Source: an uncultured virus (IMG/VR IMGVR_UViG_3300017773_000003) | Taxonomy: Duplodnaviria; Heunggongvirae; Uroviricota; Caudoviricetes | Length of the DNA stretch: 20,000 nt | Direction: 5' to 3' (one strand) | Virus record (IMG/VR): IMGVR_UViG_3300017773_000003 | Shown here: positions 1 through 10,600 of the stretch, in pieces | Layout of the letters: each line of letters starts with the position of its first letter | Numbering within the stretch: position 1 is the first letter of the stretch | Translations under genes and position numbers: made by a program | The notes under the pieces: model-generated | Databases searched by the model: none | What the model was told of the DNA's origin: nothing | What the model saw: only the letters and a program-made list of their open reading frames with translations

Positions 1-2
1 GT

Positions 3-1370
3 CTTGCTAATGCTCTGTTGTCTAAGCCTACTGAATTGTCACCAATCATTACCCATTTAGCGGGTAAAGAAGATAAACGTTTTCCACTTTCTTTCTTAAC
101 TGAAGGTGTTGGTAACGTAAAATCCATTGATCGATTGGAATACGAATACCGTGTTAAGACTCATTCTTTAAAGACTAGACCACTAGCAGCAGCAGCAGCA
201 GGTAGTAACCACGGATTAGGTGGTGGAACTTTTAAATTAGTATTCCCAGATAAATGGTTTGTATTTCCTTACGTTTTAGTAAACGGAGCAGGAGAACAAG
301 TACGAATTATGGCGGAACCTAAGCAAGTTGCAAATGGCTATGAGTATTTAGTACGATTAGTTAACCCAGACGTAACAGCTAAATTAACAGCTGGAAATAC
401 AGTGGGATCTCTTTGGGCGCAAATGTATGCACCAGTAGGAGTTGACTTCTCGCGTGGGAACGCAGCTAACTGGGAGACTCCAGGTAGAGTTCGTAACAAG
501 ATTGGTACAATTCGTAAATCATACCACATGTCTGGTAACGCTAAAGATTTTGTAGCAGAATTCTCTCTTCCTAAGAAAGGTGGCGGATCTACAAAACTTT
601 GGATGGACTACGAAGAGTATACTCACATGCTTAACTTTAAAGAAGAGTGTGAAATGTACTACTGGTACGGACAAAAAACTTATGACGCAAAAGGTTCAAC
701 TCAAATGAAAGATGAGAATGGACAACCCGTTGTAATTGGACCAGGTCTATTAGAGCAAATCGTAAATCGCGATACTTACTCTACTTTGACTGAGTCTAAA
801 ATTAAAAATATCATTGGTGACTTATTCTACGGAATGTCAGACGCCAATGCTAAGCAAGTTACTTTGTACACAGGTACTGGTGGGGCTCGTGAATTTGACG
901 AAGCTCTTAAAGGACACTTTGGTGACAATGCTAACTCGTGGAAAGTAGGTGGTGAAAATCGTTTCATCACAGGTTCCGGTCGTTCTTTAGGTATGTCTGG
1001 TTACTTTACTTCTTATGAGCACATTGATGGTCATACAGTAAATGTAGTTAAATTACCTTTATTCGATCACGGTCCTATCGCACAAGCTCGTGCAAAGCAC
1101 CCTGTTACAGGTTATTCTCTTGAATCTTACCGTATGGTATTTGTTGATCAATCTAATTACGATGGTCAATCAAATCTACAAATGATCTCTAAGAAAGGTC
1201 GTGAGATGATGAGATGGTGTGTAGCTGGTTCTGTTGTACCTCGTGGATTTGACTCTGGTTCTGCTAGAGCTTCTGACGTGGATGGTGCATCGGTACATAT
1301 GTTGAAAACAGCAGGTATTATCTTGAAGAGATTTGATACTTCGCTTGACATCACATGTGTAGCATCTTAA
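3..1370 (+). CDS. Major capsid protein, crAss-like phage type (HK97 fold); 5'-truncated by the window edge
   Basis: The frame is open from position 3 (LANALLSKPTELSPIITHL...), so the TTG at 18 is probably not the start. Motifs RNKIGTIRKSY, LWMDYEEY, EECEMYYWYG, IGPGLLEQI, LYTGTGGAREFD, HIDGHTVNVVKLPLFD, HPVTGYSLESYRMVFVD and ASDVDG match my recollection of crAss-like MCPs. It ends TAA TAA and is followed by a terminator. Confidence 0.9.
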   Translation, partial: LANALLSKPTELSPIITHLAGKEDKRFPLSFLTEGVGNVKSIDRLEYEYRVKTHSLKTRPLAAAAAGSNHGLGGGTFKLVFPDKWFVFPYVLVNGAGEQVRIMAEPKQVANGYEYLVRLVNPDVTAKLTAGNTVGSLWAQMYAPVGVDFSRGNAANWETPGRVRNKIGTIRKSYHMSGNAKDFVAEFSLPKKGGGSTKLWMDYEEYTHMLNFKEECEMYYWYGQKTYDAKGSTQMKDENGQPVVIGPGLLEQIVNRDTYSTLTESKIKNIIGDLFYGMSDANAKQVTLYTGTGGAREFDEALKGHFGDNANSWKVGGENRFITGSGRSLGMSGYFTSYEHIDGHTVNVVKLPLFDHGPIAQARAKHPVTGYSLESYRMVFVDQSNYDGQSNLQMISKKGREMMRWCVAGSVVPRGFDSGSARASDVDGASVHMLKTAGIILKRFDTSLDITCVAS

Positions 1371-1414
1371 TAAGGCGTTAATCGCGTGTCTATATATTGG
1401 TTTTTGGTTGAGTT

Positions 1415-1447
1415 GTGGGGGAGTGATCCCCCACTTCTTTAACTTTT
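1415..1447 (+). terminator. Rho-independent terminator after the MCP gene
   Basis: Perfect 8-bp stem GTGGGGGA (1415-1422) / TCCCCCAC (1427-1434) with a GTGA (GNRA) tetraloop, followed by an interrupted T-rich tail TTCTTTAACTTTT. Confidence 0.8.
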
Positions 1448-1502
1448 AAATAGAGGGACGTATTCTTTGTACCTCATCCTAACAAGTAAAGAACATAAAA
1501 TT

Positions 1503-2312
1503 ATGAGTAAAAAAATTGTTATTCGACGTAAGGAGATTCATAATCACTTACCGAAAGAGATAAGAGCGGAAGCTATATCAAAGTTAAGTAGTGTCTTTGT
1601 AAATAGACAACCACTTAAAGGGTTTAACCCAACAGATGAAAAAAAATATTTGAACGGAATTTTAGATGTTACACCAGATCATGTTGACTGGCCGAAACAT
1701 ACAAAGTTATTCTGGGCAGAGCTAACAATTCCAGTAGGATTTACAGGAGTTGAATTAGAAATAGGAAAGCATGAAAATGGAGATCCTATTAATATAATGG
1801 ATTTTATTAAGTATAGTTTTGCTATTAAGCATCCTCAAGTAGGAATGACTGAAAACGAAATGAATAATAAAGGTGGTAGATTTTATATCTACGATACTAA
1901 TAGAGACGAAATGAAACGTTTCAATGATATTCAAGTACGAAAAGATGCAGATAAAGAATATATCAAAGTATCTTCAGATTTGAAAAACATGAAAAGAATC
2001 TTACGTCTAATGAGCAAAAATGTTAATCCTGACACTTTGGGTCATGAACAAGTAGAAAACGCCTTATATGATCTAAAATCATCTGATCCTAAGAAATTTT
2101 TAAAGATAGCTCAGGATAAGAACTTAGAAATGAAAGCTGAAATAGATGAAATGATTTCTTCTGGAATTTTAAGACGTATTGGAAATCAAGTTATTTTTAT
2201 AGATGAAATACTTGGTGAAACAACAGAAGATACTGTGATCTATTTGAAAAACAAAAAGAACTCAGGAAAACTAACAACTTTAAGAGCAAAACTTAAAGAA
2301 GTAGCAATTTAA
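1503..2312 (+). CDS. Conserved crAss-like protein encoded immediately downstream of MCP (crAssphage gene 75-like), function unknown
   Basis: ATG at 1503 (MSKKIVIRRKE, A-rich upstream) is preferred over the TTG at 1467, giving 269 aa. Motifs FWAELTIPV..G.ELEIG, PINIMDFIKYSF...HPQV, P.KFL....D..LE.K..I, and GILRRIGN plus position directly after MCP support the call. Confidence 0.7.
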   Translation: MSKKIVIRRKEIHNHLPKEIRAEAISKLSSVFVNRQPLKGFNPTDEKKYLNGILDVTPDHVDWPKHTKLFWAELTIPVGFTGVELEIGKHENGDPINIMDFIKYSFAIKHPQVGMTENEMNNKGGRFYIYDTNRDEMKRFNDIQVRKDADKEYIKVSSDLKNMKRILRLMSKNVNPDTLGHEQVENALYDLKSSDPKKFLKIAQDKNLEMKAEIDEMISSGILRRIGNQVIFIDEILGETTEDTVIYLKNKKNSGKLTTLRAKLKEVAI

Positions 2313-2332
2313 TGTAATGGAATAATATACTA

Positions 2333-3061
2333 ATGGATATTGAGCAAATGCATTTGGCGGTTCAGCAAGGAGTGGATAAGATTAATTCATTCCAAGCTGA
2401 CACGCTTTTATCTGAAGAAATAGATTTAGAGCTTAATAAAGCTATTGATAAATTTATTAATCTTAAGTATGGAAAAAATAATCTATATAACAAAGGGTTT
2501 GAAGAATCTCAAAAAAGAATAGATGATTTAAAAGAACTAGTTGTTACTGCAGAATTAGCAAGTACGTATGATAGCATATCTGTAAACAACTCATTTGTTT
2601 ATATATCTGAAGATTTACCTAAAAATTACAGGTATTTAGTTAAATCATTAGTTACTACTAAATATGAAAGATCTTGCGCGAGTTTATCAAAAAGAGAGCA
2701 GCAATTAATAGATAAAGTGCCAAATGCGGTTAATAAATTAGGATCTCTTAAAATTGTTCAGCAAGATGATATTCACACATTACTAGGGGATCCATTCAAT
2801 ACAACTAAAAAAAGTAAACCTTTAGCTGTTTTTGAAAATGGTAAGTTGTATATGTATACTAATGATATATTTATAATACACAACCTAATATTAACTTACA
2901 TAAAAAATCCTTCTAAAGTTTCATTATCTTTGGAGATCAATTGTGAGCTTTCAGAGCACACGCACCAAGAAATAGTAGATATGTCGATTAGTAGCATCTT
3001 GGAAGGTATTTCGGACCCAAGATACAAGACTCAGCAAATCGAGTTAGGTAAAAACGAATAA
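2333..3061 (+). CDS. Tail ring / head-tail connector protein (crAss-like gene 74 / ring-protein family)
   Basis: 242 aa. Motifs MH......DK.....EEID..LNKA..KFI..KY, GFEESQKRIDDLKELV, LPKNYRY, YIKNP and CELSEHTHQEIVDM match crAss-like ring proteins as recalled. Synteny agrees. Confidence 0.78.
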   Translation: MDIEQMHLAVQQGVDKINSFQADTLLSEEIDLELNKAIDKFINLKYGKNNLYNKGFEESQKRIDDLKELVVTAELASTYDSISVNNSFVYISEDLPKNYRYLVKSLVTTKYERSCASLSKREQQLIDKVPNAVNKLGSLKIVQQDDIHTLLGDPFNTTKKSKPLAVFENGKLYMYTNDIFIIHNLILTYIKNPSKVSLSLEINCELSEHTHQEIVDMSISSILEGISDPRYKTQQIELGKNE

Positions 3062-3098
3062 AGTTAAAATATATTTATAATTTAAATTTTTGTCACAT

Positions 3099-4043
3099 AT
3101 GAGACATGTTATAGTGAGTAAAGACGTCGCAGGACCAGCTGGAACAGCTGCTGCAGGCGCATTAGTTGGAATTGTTCAAGATGCTAACGGACAACCAACT
3201 TTAATGAATAGAACAACAGCGGCTGCTGCAAAACTAGCAGATTCGCCAGTTAAATTTGGTGTTTTAAAAGAAGCAGCTTCAGTAAGTTTAGCACTTTTAA
3301 ATGAAACTCCATGGCTAAAGCCATCGGAAATAGTTGCACAAGGTAATTTTTATCCACGTGCTTATGTAGCTGCACTACCTCAAATTTTTAAGAAAGATTG
3401 TACAGGAGCTGGTACTGAAGGTAAAGCAGCAACAATTAAAATTATCATTGAAGATAATCATTCAATGTTTAATTCTTATTCTTTTGAATTTAAAGCTGGT
3501 TCAGGTGTAGTTGCTACAGCACAAGCAGCTATTGATGCAATTCAAGCTCGTTTAGATAAAGGAGCTTGCCCTGAGATTGCAAGTGTTGCTTTAGCAGCTA
3601 CTGACGAAGTTCACATTACAATGGCAGCTGGTATTCGAGCTACATATATTTTTGATGCACAAGATTCAGGAATAGTTTTAGCTGAAGATTCTTCACAAGC
3701 TTTTGTTTTTGGTCACGGTACTTATGACGAAGTTGTTAAGAAAGAAAAAGAGCAACTTGGTAGAGATGTAGGTAACTACGATCGTTACACAGCATTACCT
3801 GCTGAAGAAGTTCTTAATGCAGAAGTTGGAAAAACTTATAATTCTTATTCATTTACAGCTAAGAATAATGCTGAAGGGCAAATTCGCGGTGTAGATAATA
3901 TGAGAAGCTATCAATTATATATTCCTTTTGGAGGAACTTATTTAGATGGTGAAGCTACTAGCGAGCACGGTGGTACTGAAGAAGAATTTCCAGCAATTAT
4001 GATTGCATTAGGTGTAACAGCTTACACAGAATTACAAGCATAA
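3099..4043 (+). CDS. Putative auxiliary capsid (decoration) protein, similar to the crAss001 gp36 type
   Basis: ATG at 3099 (MRHVIVSKD) is preferred over TTG at 3090, giving 314 aa, Ala-rich. The C-terminal pattern GHGTYDEV...EKEQLG..G..DR...P........KTYNSY resembles this family. It follows the ring gene and has its own terminator, as expected for a high-copy virion protein. Confidence 0.6.
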   Translation: MRHVIVSKDVAGPAGTAAAGALVGIVQDANGQPTLMNRTTAAAAKLADSPVKFGVLKEAASVSLALLNETPWLKPSEIVAQGNFYPRAYVAALPQIFKKDCTGAGTEGKAATIKIIIEDNHSMFNSYSFEFKAGSGVVATAQAAIDAIQARLDKGACPEIASVALAATDEVHITMAAGIRATYIFDAQDSGIVLAEDSSQAFVFGHGTYDEVVKKEKEQLGRDVGNYDRYTALPAEEVLNAEVGKTYNSYSFTAKNNAEGQIRGVDNMRSYQLYIPFGGTYLDGEATSEHGGTEEEFPAIMIALGVTAYTELQA

Positions 4044-4056
4044 TTCTAACTAACAC

Positions 4057-4098
4057 AAAGGATGTAAGGGGACTGGTTCCCCTTATACCCTTTTTTTT
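4057..4098 (+). terminator. Rho-independent terminator
   Basis: Stem TGTAAGGGGA (4063-4072) / TCCCCTTATA (4078-4087), with one G-U pair and a CTGGT loop. It can extend through AAAGG/CCTTT and is followed by T8 (4091-4098). Confidence 0.85.
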
Positions 4099-4109
4099 AA
4101 ATTCAACTT

Positions 4110-4613
4110 ATGGCAGTTATAATGAACGCGGCTCCTAGCGGAGATTGTAAAGCAATGATTGTATCCTTTCAAGGATTAAAATCAAACACAAAATATTATG
4201 TTGATTTAAAGCATGTTGAAACTGGGCAAACTTTTACTCAAGGTCAAGTTCAGCCTGATAGTGACGCTTTTTCTTGGAGTGGACTTACTACTGGAGGAGT
4301 ATATGAAGTTACATTAAAAACTAAAACTTTAACAGGAGAAACATTTGAATTAAAACGCTATGTAGTGTCTACATGTTCTGTAGATAAATGCATGGTACTT
4401 TTAACTGATCAATTATTAAGCTGTGATTGCACATCACCAGCTTGTTCTGCTTTATTGCAAAAAGCTCAAAAAATATTATTACTAATTAGATCTTCGGAAG
4501 CTACGGCAGCTAGAATTACTAGACCAGAAGATAATGTGCTAGTTACTGACGCTCAAGCTCAGTACAAAAAAGCTGTACAATTCTGCGATAACGATTGTGA
4601 TTGCGGATGTTAA
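4110..4613 (+). CDS. Putative tail hub / fibre-docking structural protein (beta-sandwich N-terminus, Cys-rich helical C-terminus)
   Basis: 167 aa. The N-half is Ig/FN3-like (WSGLTTGGVYEVTL). The C-half is helical with CSVDKC, SCDC...C and terminal FCDNDCDCGC. Its position after the auxiliary capsid gene matches crAss-like tail hub genes. Confidence 0.5.
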   Translation: MAVIMNAAPSGDCKAMIVSFQGLKSNTKYYVDLKHVETGQTFTQGQVQPDSDAFSWSGLTTGGVYEVTLKTKTLTGETFELKRYVVSTCSVDKCMVLLTDQLLSCDCTSPACSALLQKAQKILLLIRSSEATAARITRPEDNVLVTDAQAQYKKAVQFCDNDCDCGC

Positions 4614-4637
4614 TAACAATATAAAGTAATTTAAATA

Positions 4638-7600
4638 ATGGCTATAGTATTAGCGAAACCTTTTATACATAATACTGGTATAATTGAAGTTCAACCTGGA
4701 GATAGAACTGGTTATGAAAATCCAGTACTTGGTAAAATTTATAAATTTATAATTACTGATAGAGGTAGTGATGTACTATCTTTAGAAACTTTAGGTTTAC
4801 ATAGATGCTATAGTTCAGATAACGGCTTACAGCATGTCCGTATAAAAGTTAATGCTGAGTTAGGTTCAAATAAATACGGATGTACAATACTGTATGGTGA
4901 TGCAATATCATCATGGCCATGCACAGACACTGAGCCTGTAGGGGTAAATTCTTATACTGAAATAAAGCAATCAAAAAGCCCTGAAGAACATGTAATAGAA
5001 AGTTCACCAGCTATTCCAAAAGGAACTATTTTAGTTGAGTTAGCGCATGTAGTAGGAACTAGCGTAAGTACAGCAGCTAATTTTACTCCGACTACTTCTG
5101 ATTATTCTGGTTATACTGGAAATAATATACATTCTGCATCTTATGCTAGAGCATGTTCAGATGATTTAGCATTTAACTATGACTCTAGAGCTCCAAGGGG
5201 CCCTTTTACTTATTGCAATTATGATAATATATCTAAATTATCTGATCGGGAAATACAAGCGAGAACAGGACAAGTAGATGATACTGTAACTTATATATCT
5301 TTAGAGTATGCGTTAGTCCCTGGAACTAATGATACATATGTATTTTGGGTTGACATGTCTCCTCAAGTATGGGTAATGTATCAGGCTATTCTTTGGGATA
5401 TGACTTATGAGCAAACAGGGGCTTTAGGAAGTAATTTTAATCTTGAATTATATTCTATAAATGGCCCTACACAAACTTATGGACCAGGAACTCATACAAT
5501 TTGTGTTCAAGTAAATACAGGGTATGCAGTATTTATTGATACTGTTACAATCACAGTTGACGCTCAAGTAGATGGTTGTACTGATCCAGAAGCTGCAAAT
5601 TATAACGCAGCCGCTAACAACGATGACGGTTCATGTACATATAAAATTATAGGTTGTACAGATGCTACTGCTACTAATTATGATTCATTAGCTACTAATG
5701 CTTGTGGGAGTGCTTCTGATACTAATTTTTCAGGAGAAGAAGAAAATTTTTGTTGTTTATATAGTGGGTGTATAGATCCTATAGCATTAAATTATAACCC
5801 TCAAGCAAATGTCGATGATGGTTCTTGCCAATATGAAACTGCAGTGTATGGGTGTACGGATGCTAGTGCTTGGAATTATAATCCAAATGCTACTGTAAAC
5901 GAAACAAGTATAACAGACCCAAGAAATCCTTGTATTGATAAGCACTTTGGGTGTATGGACCCAGTAGCTTCAAATTATGAAGAAGAAATAGCTGACGGTG
6001 TTAATATGCACAAGATTACAGATTGTGATTACGAAGCATGTACTGACGCTAGTGCAACTAATACAAGTACTGGAATAACTGTTGCAAATTACACTAACAC
6101 TCAAAATACTGTATCTGGTGTGTATGGGTATTGGCCGCAACCAGCAGGATCAACTTCTACTGTATTAATTTCGTCTTCAGGTAATGATCCAAACGGAGAT
6201 AGTATACCAGACTTAGTTAATAATTCTGACTTGTGTACATACTCAATACCTGTAACAGAGCCTTGCCCTGCTGACAATTGGGATTTAGCTACTAACGTAG
6301 GTACTTTAGATTATAATTACATTTACGATGCAACACCTCTTAATGATGGTACATTCCAGTTAAATACAGATGCAGGCAAAGCTTGTATTTCTCAGTTAAC
6401 TCAATATACTACAGAAACTTGGGCAGGTATTTCATATAAAAAATATACAGAAGAACGAGTAAGAGTTCAAAGAATAACATGTGATACTACTGAGCTACAA
6501 TTACATACTCCTAATGTGTATGGAGAAGTAGTTTATAAAACTACAGGATTAACAGATCCTTCTGGAGCTCCTACAGCAACAGCTGGAGGTAATGCTCTAA
6601 CTAACATTTACACTAAAGATAGTGCGCTTGCTATTGCTGATGCTGCGGCTACAGCTGGGTGGGCAGGTACTATTACGTCTACAGTATACTATTATTTTGT
6701 TATTATTAGTACAGTTGAAGATCCTATATCTGGTATGTTAATAAATACAGATATACCTCAACCTGTAGCAAATTTATTCTCTGGAAATAATATTAGTAAA
6801 GTTACTTATCATGGAGGTTATTATGAGCCTTCTACTGGTAATTCAAGTTTATTTCAAACAGCAGCTGTAAATACAACAATACTTTCAGGATATAGAGCAG
6901 GTACAGATCCTAATGGATTAATATATAATAATGCATCATCTAGTTGTGGAGCAGCAGCTTCAGATAAGATGTACAATGTTTATAAAGTAGAAGTAATAGA
7001 TCCATGTGTGTCTGCAACAGTTGACTTTTCTAGTGTGTTTAATTGCTCTGTAATTGGATGTACAGATCAAACAACTACAAACCCTCAAACTGGATTAACA
7101 ATAAATGAAGATAATTATAATTCTAATGCTACTGCATCTAATGTAACTTCTTCAATTACAGGATTAACTGCTGACACTATAGTAGGTTCTTCTTACGAAC
7201 TAGAAGGTGGGTGCTATCATTTAGCATGTACTGATTCTAACTATGTAGAATACGATTCTAGCGCAACTGCTGTTACTGATTCTACAAAATGTCTTAATTT
7301 AAAATCGTTTGGATGTACAGATCCTAACGCATCTAATTATGATCCAAATGCAAATATAAATCAAACTGGGCTAGTTAGTATTATTCCAGGAGATTTTAAT
7401 AATCATACAGGATTATCTGAAGATACTTTTGCAACTTGGAGCAGTGATACTGCCCAGTCATTTAATGGTTGGCTAACTACATCAGGATGGACAGTTAATG
7501 CTAATGGGTTGGAGTTAAGTCTTGGGCAAAATAATAGCGCTTTAACTTACTTAGCTTTTACAGTTAACCCTAGCTCAACTTATAAATTAGAAATTAATCT

Positions 7601-10600
7601 TACACATTATAGTGGGCCTAAAAATGCCTTTCTAAAATTTAGCCCTTATTCTGGGGCTGCAGATATTATACCGGCAGGTACAAATAGCACAGCTATAGGA
7701 GCGATAGTTTCTGGTACTCCTACCGTGTTTACACAAACTAATATATCTTTTAGTGAAAATACATTTGGAATATCTTTTAAGCCTTCTAATAATTCTAATA
7801 TATTAGTACATTGGATAAAATTAACTCCAGAAAATAGTTTAGTAGATCCGTGTGTATATAATTTAGAAATACCACCGCTACACGATCATTGTTCTCCAGG
7901 ACTGTTTGAAGATGTATATAATTCTGATACTTCTGCGTTTTCTAACGCAATGACAGAGTATGATAATTATGAAAGAAATGTATCACATAATAATGCTAAC
8001 TATGGGGCTACTCCTGGATTATTTAATAGTTCTAATATATGTTTAGGAGATTTTTACAGTTTGTACACATCTGAGTCAGCATCTATTCATTCAGGAGCAT
8101 TTACTTTTACATATAATAAAGAGGTTAGCGAAGTTTTTGATAAAACTCTTGTAATTAATTCTTCTAATAAAGTATTATATCTTAACTCTAAAACTTCTAC
8201 AAATTATTATAACTTAAATAATTTTAAACATAACAATTCAAATGTAGGAGGGAATGTAGATAAAGTAGATCCTGTAGGCCTTCAACAAACATTAGATAAT
8301 TTAACTGCTAATGGGTATACAGCAGAAATTACATTATTCGAGAGCTTCCATATTAGATTTGATAAATCTATTAGATTTAAAATAAACCCAGAAAGGTGTG
8401 ACACCCCAAATGCTTGTACAGACAACGAAGAGTGGACTAACGAAAAAGCTTACACTCTTGAAGAAATAGCATCTCTTACAGCTCTTGGGGAGTTTGTGAT
8501 TGAAAACAATGAGGCTGACACTTTGTGGACTCGATTTGGATTTAATGGTCTTCCTGACGATACTAGTAATTTTTTAACTGGCCCTCACGCAAACTCATTT
8601 ATACCTGCAGTAGGCACTCCTGAAGCCGCTCAATATCCTGATGGGTATGTATATTCTGATAGTTCTGTGTCTCCGGATTGTGATGCTTCTTTTAAAAGAC
8701 CTGCATATAATGTTCTTAAAGTAGTAAAAGATGTGTATTACGGAGATTGCAGTTTTCACTCAATAAACTTAAGTCCATACATTGAAGATACACCTTCTTC
8801 ACAAATATTAGGTTGTACAGATCCCGCGGCAGCTAATTACAATAGTAATGCTACTGCAAATACTCCTGGGTTTTTAGGCAACACTGAATGTGTTTATTTT
8901 GTTACTGGACCTACAGGTGGTGATCCAACAATAGATGATACACCAGTTCCAACAGACGGATGCTCATATGATGTTTTGTTACAATTTATAGGAGCAGAAA
9001 CTGGCCCTAATTCTAATACCGTTCAAGCTGCTGTAACTATTATTTTATATCAAATATACATTGATGGTTTAGGTCAAACGCAATATGATGAGATAGGTAC
9101 AATAGCAGATTGGGAAGCTTGTGAAGACGGTTTTCAAGCAGGAGAAAATGGAATATATTTTGAACAACCTGTTAGTTATGATCCTTTTGATACAACTAGT
9201 CAAAATGTAATTACTGAATTAATACCTACAGGAGATAACGCAATAGCGGGAGCAACATGGTTAAACGAACAAAATCAAGCTGAGTTTGTAATAGAAATTA
9301 CACAATCTTATCCTGAATTAACTTACGTAGATTCAAATGGAGAAACAGTTACAGGGCTAACACAAACAGTGTCTCACAATTTCTTTATACCATTAGTTGT
9401 TGAAGGGTGTACAGCCGCACTATCTTTTAATTATAATCCAGATGCTACATGTAATGTAGAAGTTGGAGTAGAAGGTCAATGTATACCAGTTATAGAAGGG
9501 TGTGAAGCTGAAGGTAATTTTAATTCAAATAACGGGATTTTAAGCTCTGTAGGAGGAACAGGAAATCCATTAGCAGTTGTAGGGAATCCATTTACAGGCA
9601 ATACTTTGCTAGATGTAAACACTGATAATGGAACGTGTATACCTCTAATTAGCGGATGTATGGATCAAACAGCAACTAATTACAATAACGCTTTAACTGA
9701 CAATGGTGAAAACATAGATTACAGTGCTGCAGGACTAACTTCATCTTCTTATAATTTACCTTTTAATGTAAATGTTTCCGATCCAAGTTTTTGTTATTAT
9801 TGTCCAGTTTCTGGTATTACTGGGATAGACACTTTAACAGAAAATTTTGTTGTTACAGCTGATGAAGAAGGTACTGATAATGATATATCATATTCATTTG
9901 AAACTGCAGGACAATTTGATGTTCCAGGATTTTTAGTAGATAATACTACAGAATATGAAGTAACTTATAATTACATTAATACAACTACTTTAGCTACTGC
10001 TAGTCCGGCAATTACTCAGGTTTTTCAATCTACTACTAGTTCTGATCATGGTAGTTTTTATTTAAATAATCAAGCAGTAACAGCTCCATACTACAGATCA
10101 AATGGTACTTTAGTATTGTATAGTATTTCTGTAACTTATGAATATAATCAAGGTCCTGCGTACGATGGTACAGATACTACAATAAATAGATGTACAGGAA
10201 GTAATGCGCATACACTTACGTTCCTTATTAATCATTCAGGAGCTCCTTCTTTTGAGTTAGGGTGTATGGATTCTACAGCATTTAACTTTAATGTTAATGC
10301 AACTGTAGATAATGGAGCACAATGTATTCCATATATTTATGGATGTCTTAATCAAAACGCTGCAAATTATAATAATTATAATATTGGAAATGTAACTGAA
10401 ATAAGTGCAGGACCAGGTGTAGATGTTAATGTGCAAATAACAGCTGATAATGACCCTTCTAATTTTAACGATTTCCAATGTCAATTTTTAGGTTGTACAG
10501 ATTCTGCTGCTGATAATTATAATCCTCAAGCAACTGCAGGAGGATTAAATGCAGGAGTTAGTACAGAATCTACTGCTCCTAATTTTTGTGAGTTTAACGG

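Noticed and set aside
186..200. (GCA)5 trinucleotide run in MCP
   Set aside because: It is a short in-frame poly-Ala tract in a probable variable loop, with no evidence for phase variation.
338..1354. Minus-strand ORFs 338-529 and 1166-1354
   Set aside because: They are short, antisense to the MCP gene and have no recognisable motifs; they are shadow ORFs.
1467..3098. TTG starts at 1467 and 3090 given by the ORF track
   Set aside because: Nearby in-frame ATGs at 1503 and 3099 with AT-rich leaders are more plausible starts.
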